A DNA stretch of 64,000 nucleotides from contig CAWEXU010000030.1 of the NCBI GenBank assembly GCA_963813075.1, forward strand, positions 128,001 to 192,000, in the 5' to 3' direction. How positions within the stretch are numbered: position 1 is the stretch's first letter; every line of letters starts with the position of its first letter. Shown piece after piece: positions 1 to 9,862 of the stretch. The notes under the pieces were generated by a model. The model saw only the letters and a list, made by a program, of their open reading frames with translations. It ran no database searches and had not been told where the DNA came from. Made by a program: the position numbers and the translations under genes. Source of the DNA: Methanotrichaceae archaeon. GTDB lineage: Archaea; Halobacteriota; Methanosarcinia; Methanotrichales; Methanotrichaceae.

Positions 1-869
1 CCGGCGGTGATCTCCCCTCTGCTGTTATCGATAAGGAGGTTGTCAGTGATATTATTGTAGCTGGACCAGTTGGTCACTAAAATGCCATAGTAGTTGTGAT
101 CAAGCCGGTTTCTCCTCACCTGATTAGAGGAGGCATTCCACAGGGACAGTCCGAAGGTACACTCAGAGATGGTGTTATCATCGAATACCCCTCCCGTCCC
201 CTCTCTTAAGAGAATACCGACATTGGAGTTGTTTATGATGCTGCTGTTCTTGACTGCTACCTCGCTGGACCATTCCATGTCCAGGCCGTATTTTCGGCAG
301 TTTATTATATTGCAGCCAAGGACATCGATCTTCCTTCCCCCATTGACCACCAGGCCCGTATCGCAGCTATCCAATGTGCAATTCTGCAGATTAATCCCCT
401 CTGCATCCAGGGCATAAACCCCGGCCTGGGCTCCATAGATGCTGCTGTTGATGAGGGCAAAGCCGCTGCCTTCGACAACTATAGCCGAGTTGGGCATATC
501 CAGGCGCTGGCCACTGGCTGCCTCCCGGTTTTCCATATAATACTCGAACTTGGAAGCGGTATCCTTTCCCACCCCGTGGATATCGAAGCCATCGATGGTA
601 ACTCCATCGCTTTTTACCGTTACCGCCGGATTCTGCATGGTGGCCTTCAGCACCGCTCTGCCCTCGCCGATCAGGGTTAGCGGCCGGTCTACGGTTATAG
701 AGCGGTAGGTTCCCGGGCCCACTGCTATGATATCACCCGCCCGGGCGGAGTCTATTGCTGCCTGGATGTCCTCGCCGGAGGGGATGACCTCAGCCGATCC
801 CTGGCCGGATAAAATAATAGCGGATAATAATAGATAAAGAAGGAGCATCATCAGCCCCAGCTCCTGCAT
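1..869 (-). CDS. Secreted parallel beta-helix (NosD/pectin-lyase-like) repeat protein, 3' end runs off the window
   Basis: Manual translation from ATG at 869: signal peptide MQELGLMMLLLYLLLSAIILSG, then IQAAIDSARAGDIIAVGPGTY and beta-helix repeats (NNSNVGILL, NYYGILV, NNITDN); no stop before position 1. Confidence 0.8.
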   Translation of the reverse strand, partial: MQELGLMMLLLYLLLSAIILSGQGSAEVIPSGEDIQAAIDSARAGDIIAVGPGTYRSITVDRPLTLIGEGRAVLKATMQNPAVTVKSDGVTIDGFDIHGVGKDTASKFEYYMENREAASGQRLDMPNSAIVVEGSGFALINSSIYGAQAGVYALDAEGINLQNCTLDSCDTGLVVNGGRKIDVLGCNIINCRKYGLDMEWSSEVAVKNSSIINNSNVGILLREGTGGVFDDNTISECTFGLSLWNASSNQVRRNRLDHNYYGILVTNWSSYNNITDNLLIDNSRGEITA

Positions 870-872
870 CCT

Positions 873-2225
873 TTAATGTCTGAAATGGCGCATGCCTGTG
901 AAGACCATGGCCATATCATGCTCATTGGCGGCATCTATCACCTCAGAGTCCCGGATAGATCCACCGGGATGAATCACCGCTGTCGCCCCTGCCTGGTAGG
1001 CCTGGTCCAGGCCGTCCCGGAAGGGGAAGAACGAATCTGTGGCGGCGACTGTGCCCTGTGTGGACAGGCCGTGCTCTTCCGCCTTCTCCGCTCCAAATCG
1101 GGCGGAGTCCACCCGGCTGACCTGGCCGGAACCTATGCCTATGGTCTGGCACTCAGTGGTGTAGACCAGGGCATTGGACTTAACGTACTTGGCTATCTTC
1201 CAGGCAAAGCGGAGCGCTCGGGTCTCAGAGTCTGTGGGAGCCCTTCTGGTCACCACCTTCCACTCCTTGATGTCGCCCGTATCATAATCCTGCAGCATCA
1301 TCCCCCCGAAGATGGTCTTTTGGTAATGGCCCCGGTACAGTTCCCTCTTCCTTTGCAGCAGGTCTCCTATGTCCAGGACCCGGCGGTTGGGCTTCTTCTC
1401 CGTGAGCAGCCTCAAGGCCTCGGGCTCGAAGCCAGGAGCTAAAAGGACCTCAACGAAGCTGTCGCCAATGCTTTTGGCCGTCAACACGTCCACCATTCGA
1501 TTGAAGCCTATCACCCCTCCGAAGGCGGACTTGGGGTCGGTGGCAAAAGAGAGTCTGTAGGCCTCGTCAAGGCTTGAGCCATAGGCCGCGCCGCAGGGGT
1601 TGGCGTGCTTGACGATGACGGACAGGGGCTTCTCGAAAGCCTTTCCATCGTACTCCGATAGGTCGATCAGCATCTCCAAAACCGTTTCCGCATCGACCAT
1701 ATTGTTGTAGGACATCTCCCTGCCGTTCAGCTTCCGGGCGGCGGGCAGCCCCAGGGTGTCATTACTTACATAGAGAGCGGCTCTTTGATGCCAGTTCTCC
1801 CCATAGCGCAGGTCCTGCACCTTCTCGTATGCAGTTGCCACATATCGAGGCAGTCCCTCCGCCCCGGACTGAAGGTCAGCCAGTCTCTGGGCATCCGTCT
1901 GCAGGCAACTGTAGAGCACCTGAGCCTCCATCATATCTCTCGTCTTCCGGCATAGGTCGCCCGTACTCCTGATCTCCTCCAGAACGGTGGGGCAGTTTGA
2001 GTTATACAATAGCACGGGACAGCCTTTTTCCATCGCCTGTCTGATCAGGGCCGAGCCATCCAGGGTTTTTACATATTCCGGATCGCATACTATGAGACAA
2101 TCCTCTCCATGATCTTGAGGAGAAAAGCATTTGCACATCTGCAGGCCAAGCTGCTCTAATCCCCTGGAAATGGAGCAATCAATATGGTTTTTGCCTGCCA
2201 GTACGACGACCTGTTTGATCTTCAT
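873..2225 (-). CDS. purH: PurH-family AICAR transformylase with a degenerate N-terminal IMP cyclohydrolase/MGS-like domain
   Basis: LRYGENWHQRAA, SYNN, VKHANPCGAA, SAFGG, VKSNA, GQVSRVDS, DSFFPFRDG, PGGSIRD, FTGMRHFRH. Confidence 0.9.
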   Translation of the reverse strand: MKIKQVVVLAGKNHIDCSISRGLEQLGLQMCKCFSPQDHGEDCLIVCDPEYVKTLDGSALIRQAMEKGCPVLLYNSNCPTVLEEIRSTGDLCRKTRDMMEAQVLYSCLQTDAQRLADLQSGAEGLPRYVATAYEKVQDLRYGENWHQRAALYVSNDTLGLPAARKLNGREMSYNNMVDAETVLEMLIDLSEYDGKAFEKPLSVIVKHANPCGAAYGSSLDEAYRLSFATDPKSAFGGVIGFNRMVDVLTAKSIGDSFVEVLLAPGFEPEALRLLTEKKPNRRVLDIGDLLQRKRELYRGHYQKTIFGGMMLQDYDTGDIKEWKVVTRRAPTDSETRALRFAWKIAKYVKSNALVYTTECQTIGIGSGQVSRVDSARFGAEKAEEHGLSTQGTVAATDSFFPFRDGLDQAYQAGATAVIHPGGSIRDSEVIDAANEHDMAMVFTGMRHFRH

Positions 2226-2350
2226 CGAACCTCTCCCCCTTCATCGCCGACGGTATTTTAACCTTTTCCCAATAACACTCCACCGGCCCAGTCCTTCCAC
2301 CAGGGCAAGAATATCGATAATATTTAAGCTCCAAGGGCAAGATAAAGCGC

Positions 2351-2680
2351 ATGGACTATGCAGATGCCCTCGATTCCCATCCCTCCGGATGCATCATCCG
2401 CTTTGAGGTGGTGCCCGACTCCTCCCGGCTGGCCGTTCCCTCGGGATTCAACCCCTGGCGGAGGTCTTTGGAGGCCAGGCTGACGGAAGAGCCCACTCGA
2501 GGCCGGGCCAACCGCCAGCTGGTCGAGGAGCTGGCCAGAACATTGGGCGTGCCTGAGTCCGGAATCCAGGTGATGAAGGGGGAGAAGAGCGGGCGAAAGC
2601 TTCTGCTGGTGAAGGGGATTAAAAAGGATGTGGCCGTCTCCATTCTCGGGAAGGTGCTGGAGGAGCAGAGGGAAAAGTGA
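2351..2680 (+). CDS. DUF167/YggU family protein
   Basis: VVPDS..., EEPTRGRANRQL, GEKSGRK pattern; 109 aa. Confidence 0.85.
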   Translation: MDYADALDSHPSGCIIRFEVVPDSSRLAVPSGFNPWRRSLEARLTEEPTRGRANRQLVEELARTLGVPESGIQVMKGEKSGRKLLLVKGIKKDVAVSILGKVLEEQREK

Positions 2681-3114
2681 ACAGGCAAAGGGCAAGAGAG
2701 ATGCAGGAGAGCAGAGAGAAGGGGACCTACGATCTGGAGGCCTTGGAAGAGCTCTTGGCGGCCCTCATCGAGGCATCCGGCCAGGGAGCAGCGACCATCG
2801 TTGAGGGAAGGCGGGATGAACTGGCTCTGCGCGCTCTGGGTCTTGTCGGGCCGGTGATCATGGCCTCGCGCCGATCGGCCCTTGAGCTGGCGGAGGATGC
2901 CGCCCGGAGCTACCGAGAGATCATCATCCTCACCGACTGGGACCGCAAAGGGGATGAGATGGCCAGGATCATCGAGCAGCACCTGCGGTCGGTGGGTTCC
3001 CGTCCCGACGGGGAGATTCGCTCTCGCATAAAAAAGCTGGTCCGAAAGGAGATTAAGGACGTGGAGAGCCTGAATCACTATATGGAGAGGATGAGGTATC
3101 TATATGGCCCCTAG
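2677..3114 (+). CDS. Small TOPRIM-domain protein (UPF0292)
   Basis: IVEGRRDELAL and LTDWDRKG TOPRIM motifs; C-terminal IKDVESL. Confidence 0.85.
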   Translation: MNRQRAREMQESREKGTYDLEALEELLAALIEASGQGAATIVEGRRDELALRALGLVGPVIMASRRSALELAEDAARSYREIIILTDWDRKGDEMARIIEQHLRSVGSRPDGEIRSRIKKLVRKEIKDVESLNHYMERMRYLYGP

Positions 3115-3613
3115 GATTGCGGTAACCGGCAGCCCAGGCATCGGCAAATCTACTCTGGTAGCAAAGGTGGCATCCAGGACAAAATTGAGCGTGGGCGGGG
3201 TTCTGGCCAGAGACAGGCGCTACAAAGACCGGCGCACTGGCTTTGAGCTGTTGGACCTTTCCACAGGAATGGTGGGGATACTGGCAGATGAGGCCGGGGA
3301 CGGGCCTCAACTGGGAAAGTACCGGGTCCATCTGGATGACCTGGAGCGAATAGGAGCGCAGGCAGTGGAAAACGCATTGAGCTGCGATCTGATCGTGGTG
3401 GACGAGATCGGTCCCATGGAGCTTTCCAGCCACAGCTTCGTACTTGCGGTGGAGAAGGCCATCGCCTCGCCCAAGCCCATGCTGGTGGTGCTGCATGAAT
3501 GGTCCAACCACCGCCTGGCCAAGAAGATCAGAGGATCCTTTCGGGTGGTGACAGTAACCAGGGAGAACAGGGATTCTCTGGTCGAAGAGATCGCCCAGGC
3601 CTTGAAGAACTGA
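3104..3613 (+). CDS. NTPase, THEP1/NTPCR family
   Basis: Walker A TGSPGIGKST, GKYRV, Walker B VDEIGPME. Confidence 0.9.
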   Translation: MAPRIAVTGSPGIGKSTLVAKVASRTKLSVGGVLARDRRYKDRRTGFELLDLSTGMVGILADEAGDGPQLGKYRVHLDDLERIGAQAVENALSCDLIVVDEIGPMELSSHSFVLAVEKAIASPKPMLVVLHEWSNHRLAKKIRGSFRVVTVTRENRDSLVEEIAQALKN

Positions 3614-3636
3614 TCCCGAGAGAAGATGATACTGGC

Positions 3637-4362
3637 TCAATTCAATCCCAGATCGAGGGCGATTCTAGCGGCCTCTTCTGCCTCCCGGTCGCGATGCAAT
3701 GACCGGAAGGCAACGGCCAGATTCTTCCAGGCGACTGCATACTGATTGTCGACCTGGATCGCCTTTTGGAAGCACACCACTGCCTCCTCCTGCCGCCCCA
3801 GAGCGGAGAGGGCCACCCCTTTGTTATTCCAGGGATACAGGTCGAAGGGATCGATCATTATCGCCTCCTCGTAGCTCTCTATGGCCTCCTCATGCCGGCC
3901 CAGGTTATCCAATGCCGCCCCCCGGTTGTTCCAGGCCCTCCTCCCGTCCGGTCCCAGGGGATTCAGCTCAATAGCGCGGGCATAGCTTTCCACTGCCTCC
4001 CCATACCGGCCGAGGAGGTGCAGGGCAAAGCCCTTCACAATCCAGGTCCGGGAGTTGTTGGGGTCGATGGCCAGGGCCTTCTGGCAGGATTTGAGGGCAT
4101 CCGCCCCCCGATCCAGCTGGTTGGAAGCCACAGCATGGTTTCTCCAGGCATCCGCGCTCTTTGGATTCAGGGAAAGGGCCTTGTCCAGGGCGATGAGGGC
4201 CTCTTCATACCGGCCGATCTTGCGCAGAGCCACCCCTTTCCGGTAATAGTGCTCAAAGCTCTCCGATTGCTCGTTTTCCCATCGCTCCCAGGCAGCAACT
4301 GCGCCCTCATAGTCTCCCAGGTGGTAGAGGCTATCCCCGCTTAAGCTGTCATCTTCCGACAT
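3637..4362 (-). CDS. Tetratricopeptide repeat protein
   Basis: Repeated 34-aa W-NKG-AL--LGRYEEA----KA pattern. Confidence 0.9.
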   Translation of the reverse strand: MSEDDSLSGDSLYHLGDYEGAVAAWERWENEQSESFEHYYRKGVALRKIGRYEEALIALDKALSLNPKSADAWRNHAVASNQLDRGADALKSCQKALAIDPNNSRTWIVKGFALHLLGRYGEAVESYARAIELNPLGPDGRRAWNNRGAALDNLGRHEEAIESYEEAIMIDPFDLYPWNNKGVALSALGRQEEAVVCFQKAIQVDNQYAVAWKNLAVAFRSLHRDREAEEAARIALDLGLN

Positions 4363-4517
4363 AACACCGCCTGACCTGTTCCATGATAATAAACAATTCC
4401 CAGATTCGAATTAGTAAGTTATATATATTATAAATATTACTAAAGTATTAGCAAATGTAAGGGAGTGGAACGGAGGGAGGTCCGACGAATTCGCAGCGAT
4501 CTGAGATACGGGGCAGA

Positions 4518-4790
4518 ATGATGAATTTCCTCGATCTGGACAGCGACGGTCTCAGGAGGGTGGTTCTTGAGTCCATGGTCCAGTCTCAGGAGTTCACCGT
4601 TTTATCTCTGCATGAAGAGGTATGTAAGGAGGTCAATGTCTCCAGAAAGGTGGTGGCCTCCATGACCGGTTATATCAGTTCCCGCCTGGGGATATTGCAT
4701 GTCAATAAGAAGTCGTATCGGGCACCCAGGACCTATGCCCTGAGGGACGAATATGCAGATATAGCCAGAGCGGTATTGGCTAGCTCATGA
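4518..4790 (+). CDS. Methanogen DUF2551-like winged-helix protein; the true start may be 4485
   Basis: D..GLRR, V.SM.GYI.SRLGIL pattern; in-frame ACG at 4485 follows GGAGG. Confidence 0.6.
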   Translation: MMNFLDLDSDGLRRVVLESMVQSQEFTVLSLHEEVCKEVNVSRKVVASMTGYISSRLGILHVNKKSYRAPRTYALRDEYADIARAVLASS

Positions 4791-5188
4791 CCCATGTGCT
4801 CAAGGCCCCAAGGACGGCCACCACCTTGAAGGTCCGCTCCAAATCGGAGTACGCAATCAGCCATTCGAGAGATCCATATCATGAGCTCATGCTGCGCCTT
4901 TTCCAGGAGGAGACAACGGCGGAGAGGGGACGGCGGTTTCTTTCCATGGTGGAGGAGAGGCAGAAAAGCGGCGATCCGTTGAGAACCAGAGAATGGAAAG
5001 AGCTCTTGGTCGAACTCGACGTGAGCCGATCTGCCTTTTATGCCATGAGAAACAAGCTGCTTGGTGCAGGCATGATCAGCAACAAGGGTGGGGAGTACAG
5101 GCTCTCGGGCATGTTCAGCCGGGATTTGATGGATATGGCCCGATGGTGGTGGACTGCGGTTCTGGCCAATAATCTGGAGAATTTATAA
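4787..5188 (+). CDS. Conserved hypothetical protein, probable winged-helix
   Basis: ATGA overlap with the upstream gene; VSRSAFYAMRNKLLGAGMI...GGEYRLS HTH/wing-like segment. Confidence 0.65.
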   Translation: MTHVLKAPRTATTLKVRSKSEYAISHSRDPYHELMLRLFQEETTAERGRRFLSMVEERQKSGDPLRTREWKELLVELDVSRSAFYAMRNKLLGAGMISNKGGEYRLSGMFSRDLMDMARWWWTAVLANNLENL

Positions 5189-5255
5189 TGGACCGTCCAG
5201 GAAATGGACTGTCCTGGTCCGAAAAATCCTGCTCAATAAAATTCCAGGGCAGGTC

Positions 5256-5753
5256 TCATATGCAGTCTTTTAAATCCTTGATCTGCCTTTCTATGGCCTC
5301 TACCACTTTGGCATTCTCCATGTACTCCAGGCTCCCCTGGCAGAAGGGACAGACGAAGTTGGCATCGCTCGCCTCGTCGAATATGAACCTGGCACAGCCC
5401 TCTGTGCAGGCATAAAAGATATTCTCCTTCTCATAGACCAGCCTCTCATCCAGCTTTCTCAGTAGCCTCTTAGCCTCAGACTCCAGCGCTTTATCGAAGT
5501 TCTCCGGACACAGCTGCCACAGGTATGTGAGCCAGCCGGAATCCGGATCACGCTTCCGCCTGTATATGGCCAGCCGGTGCTCATACAGGAGATAAAGAGT
5601 GCGCCTCACTGTGTTAAGGCTGATTCCAGTAAGCTCGGCCAGCCGCTCATCAGTTATCTCTTCTCCCGGAATGCATTCCACAATTCTAAGACCCTCATCA
5701 CCAACAAGCTTGTTTAGATAAGCCCTGTGAATAACCTCTTCAATGACCGCCAA
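5256..5753 (-). CDS. tfe: Transcription factor E alpha; probable TTG start at 5753 (the ORF track extends to 6014)
   Basis: TDERLAELTGISLNTVRRTLYLL, SGWLTYLW, Zn ribbon C...CPFCQGSL. Confidence 0.9.
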   Translation of the reverse strand: MAVIEEVIHRAYLNKLVGDEGLRIVECIPGEEITDERLAELTGISLNTVRRTLYLLYEHRLAIYRRKRDPDSGWLTYLWQLCPENFDKALESEAKRLLRKLDERLVYEKENIFYACTEGCARFIFDEASDANFVCPFCQGSLEYMENAKVVEAIERQIKDLKDCI

Positions 5754-6103
5754 TGAACCACTACCATGATACGAACTCTCTGCTATAGGATTATTGCCGA
5801 CCCCTAAAGCCGCATCAGGCCCGACTTTCAACTCTCTTGAATACGGCTGTTCGAATTGATTTTTCTCTTGTTCTTGCATATATCTCCCCGGACAAATGGA
5901 ACACATTGGCCCCTGATTGATTTCATTATTATAGGGTCCTTCTTCTATATAGCCCCATCGTGAAGATGTTTTTTGTATAGTCTGGGGGATTAAAGAGAAA
6001 ACCACAGGACACACAGTACCTTTTTGTGATAAATCATTTGGGAATTTGTGTTGATGAGAACCGGCAGAAACAAGTTAAAAAAATAAAAAAACAATATCCG
6101 CCA

Positions 6104-6493
6104 TCAAACCGTGCCCGCATCACTGAATAGAGACTTCAGCTTCTGGATGGACTGCAATGCCTGATTGGCCTCATTCAGCTTCTCTTGCTCATAGAAATGC
6201 AGGATCTCATCGATGGGCGTCTTGAGGCGGTAGACCTTCATCGGCCTCCCGGTCCCGTCGCTCCTGGAGATCTTCTCTTCGATCCAGTTATTCTTGCGCA
6301 GGGTACGAAGAGCAATGCTCACCTCCGGCTGGCGAAGATCTGAACCCCGCTCGATCTCCCGTGAGGTGGCCTCAGTTCCCCCGGCCAGGAATGCGATCAT
6401 GTTGGAGACCTTCCTTGGCACCCCCAGGCTTTTCAAAGTCTCCACAACCTCGATATCTTTCTCATCAAATCTCATCACAAACGATTCTTTCAT
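6104..6493 (-). CDS. Predicted archaeal winged-HTH transcriptional regulator
   Basis: ATSREIERGSDLRQPEVSIALRTL...GRPMKVYRL; GGAGGAG RBS before the ATG at 6493. Confidence 0.8.
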   Translation of the reverse strand: MKESFVMRFDEKDIEVVETLKSLGVPRKVSNMIAFLAGGTEATSREIERGSDLRQPEVSIALRTLRKNNWIEEKISRSDGTGRPMKVYRLKTPIDEILHFYEQEKLNEANQALQSIQKLKSLFSDAGTV

Positions 6494-6790
6494 TGCTATC
6501 TCCTCCATTATTTTTTTCCCTTGTAATAATTGAAAGTGCTTATGATATAAATAGTTTATTAATGTCAATAAATTTCTACTATTATTATTACATGCAGTAA
6601 ACGCTATACAGATAAATAACTTTGTAAAAATTTGCTGTAAATTATGCTAATCGGTTGAGGAAAGCGAATTTGATCGCTTCCAGGGTCCGGCAAAGAGCCT
6701 GCTGGATGATGCAGATGTAGAGAGGCAGAACCCGGGGACCGGATGAAGGGATCTCAGTCTGGCATCATCCGGATCTATTCCGGGCCCTTC

Positions 6791-8101
6791 TCAGCCCCTC
6801 CTTATCCTCTGCACAAACCTCTTTTTCTTCTCCACCGCATCTCTGGCCGCCATATCCACTTTCCCGGTCATCTCCGCCACATCCCGCACCGCCTCCTGGC
6901 CGATCGCCTTTTTGATGGGGGTGTAAGCCGCCTCGCGGAAGCGTGGGGAGAAGTCAACAAGCTTTCCATCGACATCAAGATACGCACCCTCGCCTTTCTC
7001 GACTCTGCCGATCTCGTCAATCTCCACCCCAGCACCCCGAATAGCCCTGGAGATGGCAGCCGCTTCCTCCGGCGGGGCGATGATGAGCAGGGCATCGATA
7101 GACACCCCGAGATAGTCGATCTCAAGATCATTGAGCATCTCCAGCACCCGATGGTTGACAAGCCTGCCCATCCTCTCCTCCTCGAAGATCAGCTTCACCC
7201 CGGCGGTATAGGAGATCTCCTTGGCGTCGCCGCGAATGCCGCCGTTGGTGACATCGGTCATGGCATGGATCTTGACATCCTCTTTGAGCAGAGCCTCGCT
7301 CGCCTCCAGGAACTTGATGTTTATAGTTTCATCCACCACTTCATGCCGGTCATAGTACAGGGCGGCAGAGCAGATCGTGCCCCCTCCTGCCCCCTCGGTC
7401 ATCATGATCACGTCTCCTGGCCGGGCGCTCTTTCTGGCGGTGAGCTTACTCGAGACCCCCACCGCACCCACGCATCCGGTCAGCCGGTCTCCGATCACCA
7501 TATCCCCGCCGATGCGCAGGGTGCTGCCGGTGATCAGGGGAACGCCGATCAGTTCTGAGACGGTGGCGATGCCGGCGATATGGTCGAAGAGCTTGGAGAC
7601 GTCCCCGTCATCGGCCAGATGAACATCCGATAGCAGGGCAACCGGCTTTGCACCCATGACATAGACATCGCGCAGTGCCGCTCGGGTTACATGGAATCCG
7701 GCCAAAAATGGGTAGTCGCTCAGCCGGGAGTGCATGCCGTCCACGGTCACAGTGATGTACTTGCCACCGGCCTGGACCACTCCTGAGTCGTCCAGCTGGC
7801 GGGAGTCGACCACCGCTTCTGTGCGGCCGATGACCTCGGCGATCTTGGTGTGGGTATAAAAGTCGCCGGAGCCGCGCGATCCCACCCCAAAGTCCCCCAT
7901 GCTCACCCCCACATTGTTCAGCTGGAAAACCTCTCCCCTGGGATCGAGGGTCGCTTCGGCCTCCATTAAGACCGCTTCCGCCAAAATAGTGGCCCGATCC
8001 GCGGGAATCTCCTTTACCTCTCTGATCAGATCGACGAGCTTGGACTTTATCTCGGAGTCCCGTCTCCTCAGGCCTCGCTTGGCAAATCCTTCCAGATCCA
8101 T
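6791..8101 (-). CDS. AIR synthase-related (PurM-like) protein
   Basis: GVGSRGSGDF, DGMHSRLS, GSTLRIGGD, TDVTNGG motifs. Confidence 0.85.
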   Translation of the reverse strand: MDLEGFAKRGLRRRDSEIKSKLVDLIREVKEIPADRATILAEAVLMEAEATLDPRGEVFQLNNVGVSMGDFGVGSRGSGDFYTHTKIAEVIGRTEAVVDSRQLDDSGVVQAGGKYITVTVDGMHSRLSDYPFLAGFHVTRAALRDVYVMGAKPVALLSDVHLADDGDVSKLFDHIAGIATVSELIGVPLITGSTLRIGGDMVIGDRLTGCVGAVGVSSKLTARKSARPGDVIMMTEGAGGGTICSAALYYDRHEVVDETINIKFLEASEALLKEDVKIHAMTDVTNGGIRGDAKEISYTAGVKLIFEEERMGRLVNHRVLEMLNDLEIDYLGVSIDALLIIAPPEEAAAISRAIRGAGVEIDEIGRVEKGEGAYLDVDGKLVDFSPRFREAAYTPIKKAIGQEAVRDVAEMTGKVDMAARDAVEKKKRFVQRIRRG

Positions 8102-8149
8102 AAGAGGTCAATTAACCTCCCCATAGATATTATCATCTCCTGCGCATGA

Positions 8150-9862
8150 TCATCTTCTGCCAAAGAGCCGCTCCAGCTGGCTCAAATCCTGGGTAACCAT
8201 CACCGGCCTGCCGTGGGGGCAGGTGGAGGGGTTGCGGCATTGCTCCAGATCTTTCAGCAGCTGTTCCATCTCTTTAAGGGTGAGCTCCTTTCCCGATTTT
8301 ATGGAGCCCCGGCAGGCGAGAAGCTTGAGGATCTCATCCCGGCTGACTGAATCAGGCCCCGGCTTTCCCCGCAGGAACAGGTCTTTTAAGACGTCATGCA
8401 CCGAATCTGCGCTCTCGGTCCTCTGGCCAAGAGCAGGAACGGACCGGACGCTGTAAGACCTCCCTCCAAAGGATGAGATCTCAAAGCCGATCTCCTCCAA
8501 GATCTCCTTCCAGGAACTGAGCATGATCTCCTCGCTGGCCGAGAGCTCGATCGTCACCGGACAGGCCAGCTCCTGGCGGATCGACCTCTTCTGGTACCTT
8601 TCACTCAGCCTCTCAAAGCGAATGCGCTCTGCAGCAGCATGCTGATCGATGAGAACCAGCCCCTGCTCGCTTTCCGCCACAATGTAGAGCCTCTTGATCT
8701 GGCCCAGGATCTTCAGCCTGGGCGCGGCCAATGGAGGCAGGACTTCATCCTGCGCAACCGGTTCAGTTGCCTCCAGGGGAAGAGTCTTCTGCTGGGAGTT
8801 CTGGGCTAGGGTTTCCTCCGAGGCAGCGATCTGAATGCTGGGCTCCAGGCGTTCAGCAGTCACAATCCTGGCATGAGTGGAAAGAGCCTGAGCCGCTTTT
8901 AGGGTGATGGCAGAGCAGATCTCATTCTCATGCAGCAGCCGGATCTCCCTTTTGGCGGGATGGACGTTCACATCCACCAGCTCCGAGCTTATCTGGAGGG
9001 AGAGGACAGCAATGGGGCTCTTTCCCGGGGGGATGATGTTTCTGTAGGCATCTCGCAGGGCAGCGGCCATAGGACGGGATGATACCGCCCGTCCGTTAAC
9101 GAAAATAAAAATCCTGTCCGGACTGCTCCTCAGGCTGAAGGCATCGCCGATCATTCCCTCTATCCTCCAGCCCCGGCCGGATGCCTGCATCGGGGTCAGG
9201 CCTGCCACTGCCTTCAGGCCGAAGAGGCGGGAGAGGACGTCGTCCCAGGAGCTGGATCGGGCTGATTTGAAGTGAGTGCGGGAGCCAGAGAAGAGCTCAA
9301 AAGCGATATCGTAATGGATGATGGCCAGTTCGGTGATGACATCGGTGATATGGACCAGCTCCGCCTCCGCTCCCTTGAGGTGCTTTCTTCTCGCCGGGAC
9401 ATTAAAAAATAGATCCCAGACAGTGATCGAAGTTCCGACGGGACTGCCCACCTCCTTTGCCTCGGCCACCTTCCCCTGCTCCAGGCGAAGATAGCTGCCC
9501 GAGAGAGCATCGCGGGTCTTGGTGCGCACTTCGACCGCTTTCGAGACGCTGGCGATGCTGGCCAGGGCCTCGCCCCGAAATCCCAGGGTGGAGATCTTTT
9601 CCAGGTCCTCCGCCCCGGCGATCTTGGAGGTGGCATGCTTTTGAAAGGCCAGGGGGAGGTCGTCCGGATCTATCCCCCAGCCATCGTCGGTCACCTTGAT
9701 GAAGCTCTTCCCGCCGTCCCGGACCTCGACCAATACCCTGTGGGCCCCGGCGTCTATGGAGTTTTCCACCAGCTCTTTTACCACCGAGGCCGGCCGCTCG
9801 ATCACTTCACCAGCAGCGATTTTGTTTACCGTCTCCTCGTCCAGTGCCCTGATTCTCTTCAT
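8150..9862 (-). CDS. mutL: DNA mismatch repair endonuclease MutL
   Basis: IAAGEVIERPASVVKELVENSIDAG, GFRGEALASI, DVNVHPAK, DQHAAAER, CPHGRP. Confidence 0.97.
   Translation of the reverse strand: MKRIRALDEETVNKIAAGEVIERPASVVKELVENSIDAGAHRVLVEVRDGGKSFIKVTDDGWGIDPDDLPLAFQKHATSKIAGAEDLEKISTLGFRGEALASIASVSKAVEVRTKTRDALSGSYLRLEQGKVAEAKEVGSPVGTSITVWDLFFNVPARRKHLKGAEAELVHITDVITELAIIHYDIAFELFSGSRTHFKSARSSSWDDVLSRLFGLKAVAGLTPMQASGRGWRIEGMIGDAFSLRSSPDRIFIFVNGRAVSSRPMAAALRDAYRNIIPPGKSPIAVLSLQISSELVDVNVHPAKREIRLLHENEICSAITLKAAQALSTHARIVTAERLEPSIQIAASEETLAQNSQQKTLPLEATEPVAQDEVLPPLAAPRLKILGQIKRLYIVAESEQGLVLIDQHAAAERIRFERLSERYQKRSIRQELACPVTIELSASEEIMLSSWKEILEEIGFEISSFGGRSYSVRSVPALGQRTESADSVHDVLKDLFLRGKPGPDSVSRDEILKLLACRGSIKSGKELTLKEMEQLLKDLEQCRNPSTCPHGRPVMVTQDLSQLERLFGRR

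Noticed and set aside
5754..6014. N-terminal extension of TFE in the ORF track
   Set aside because: Similarity to TFE starts near the TTG at 5753; the upstream part looks like promoter/UTR sequence
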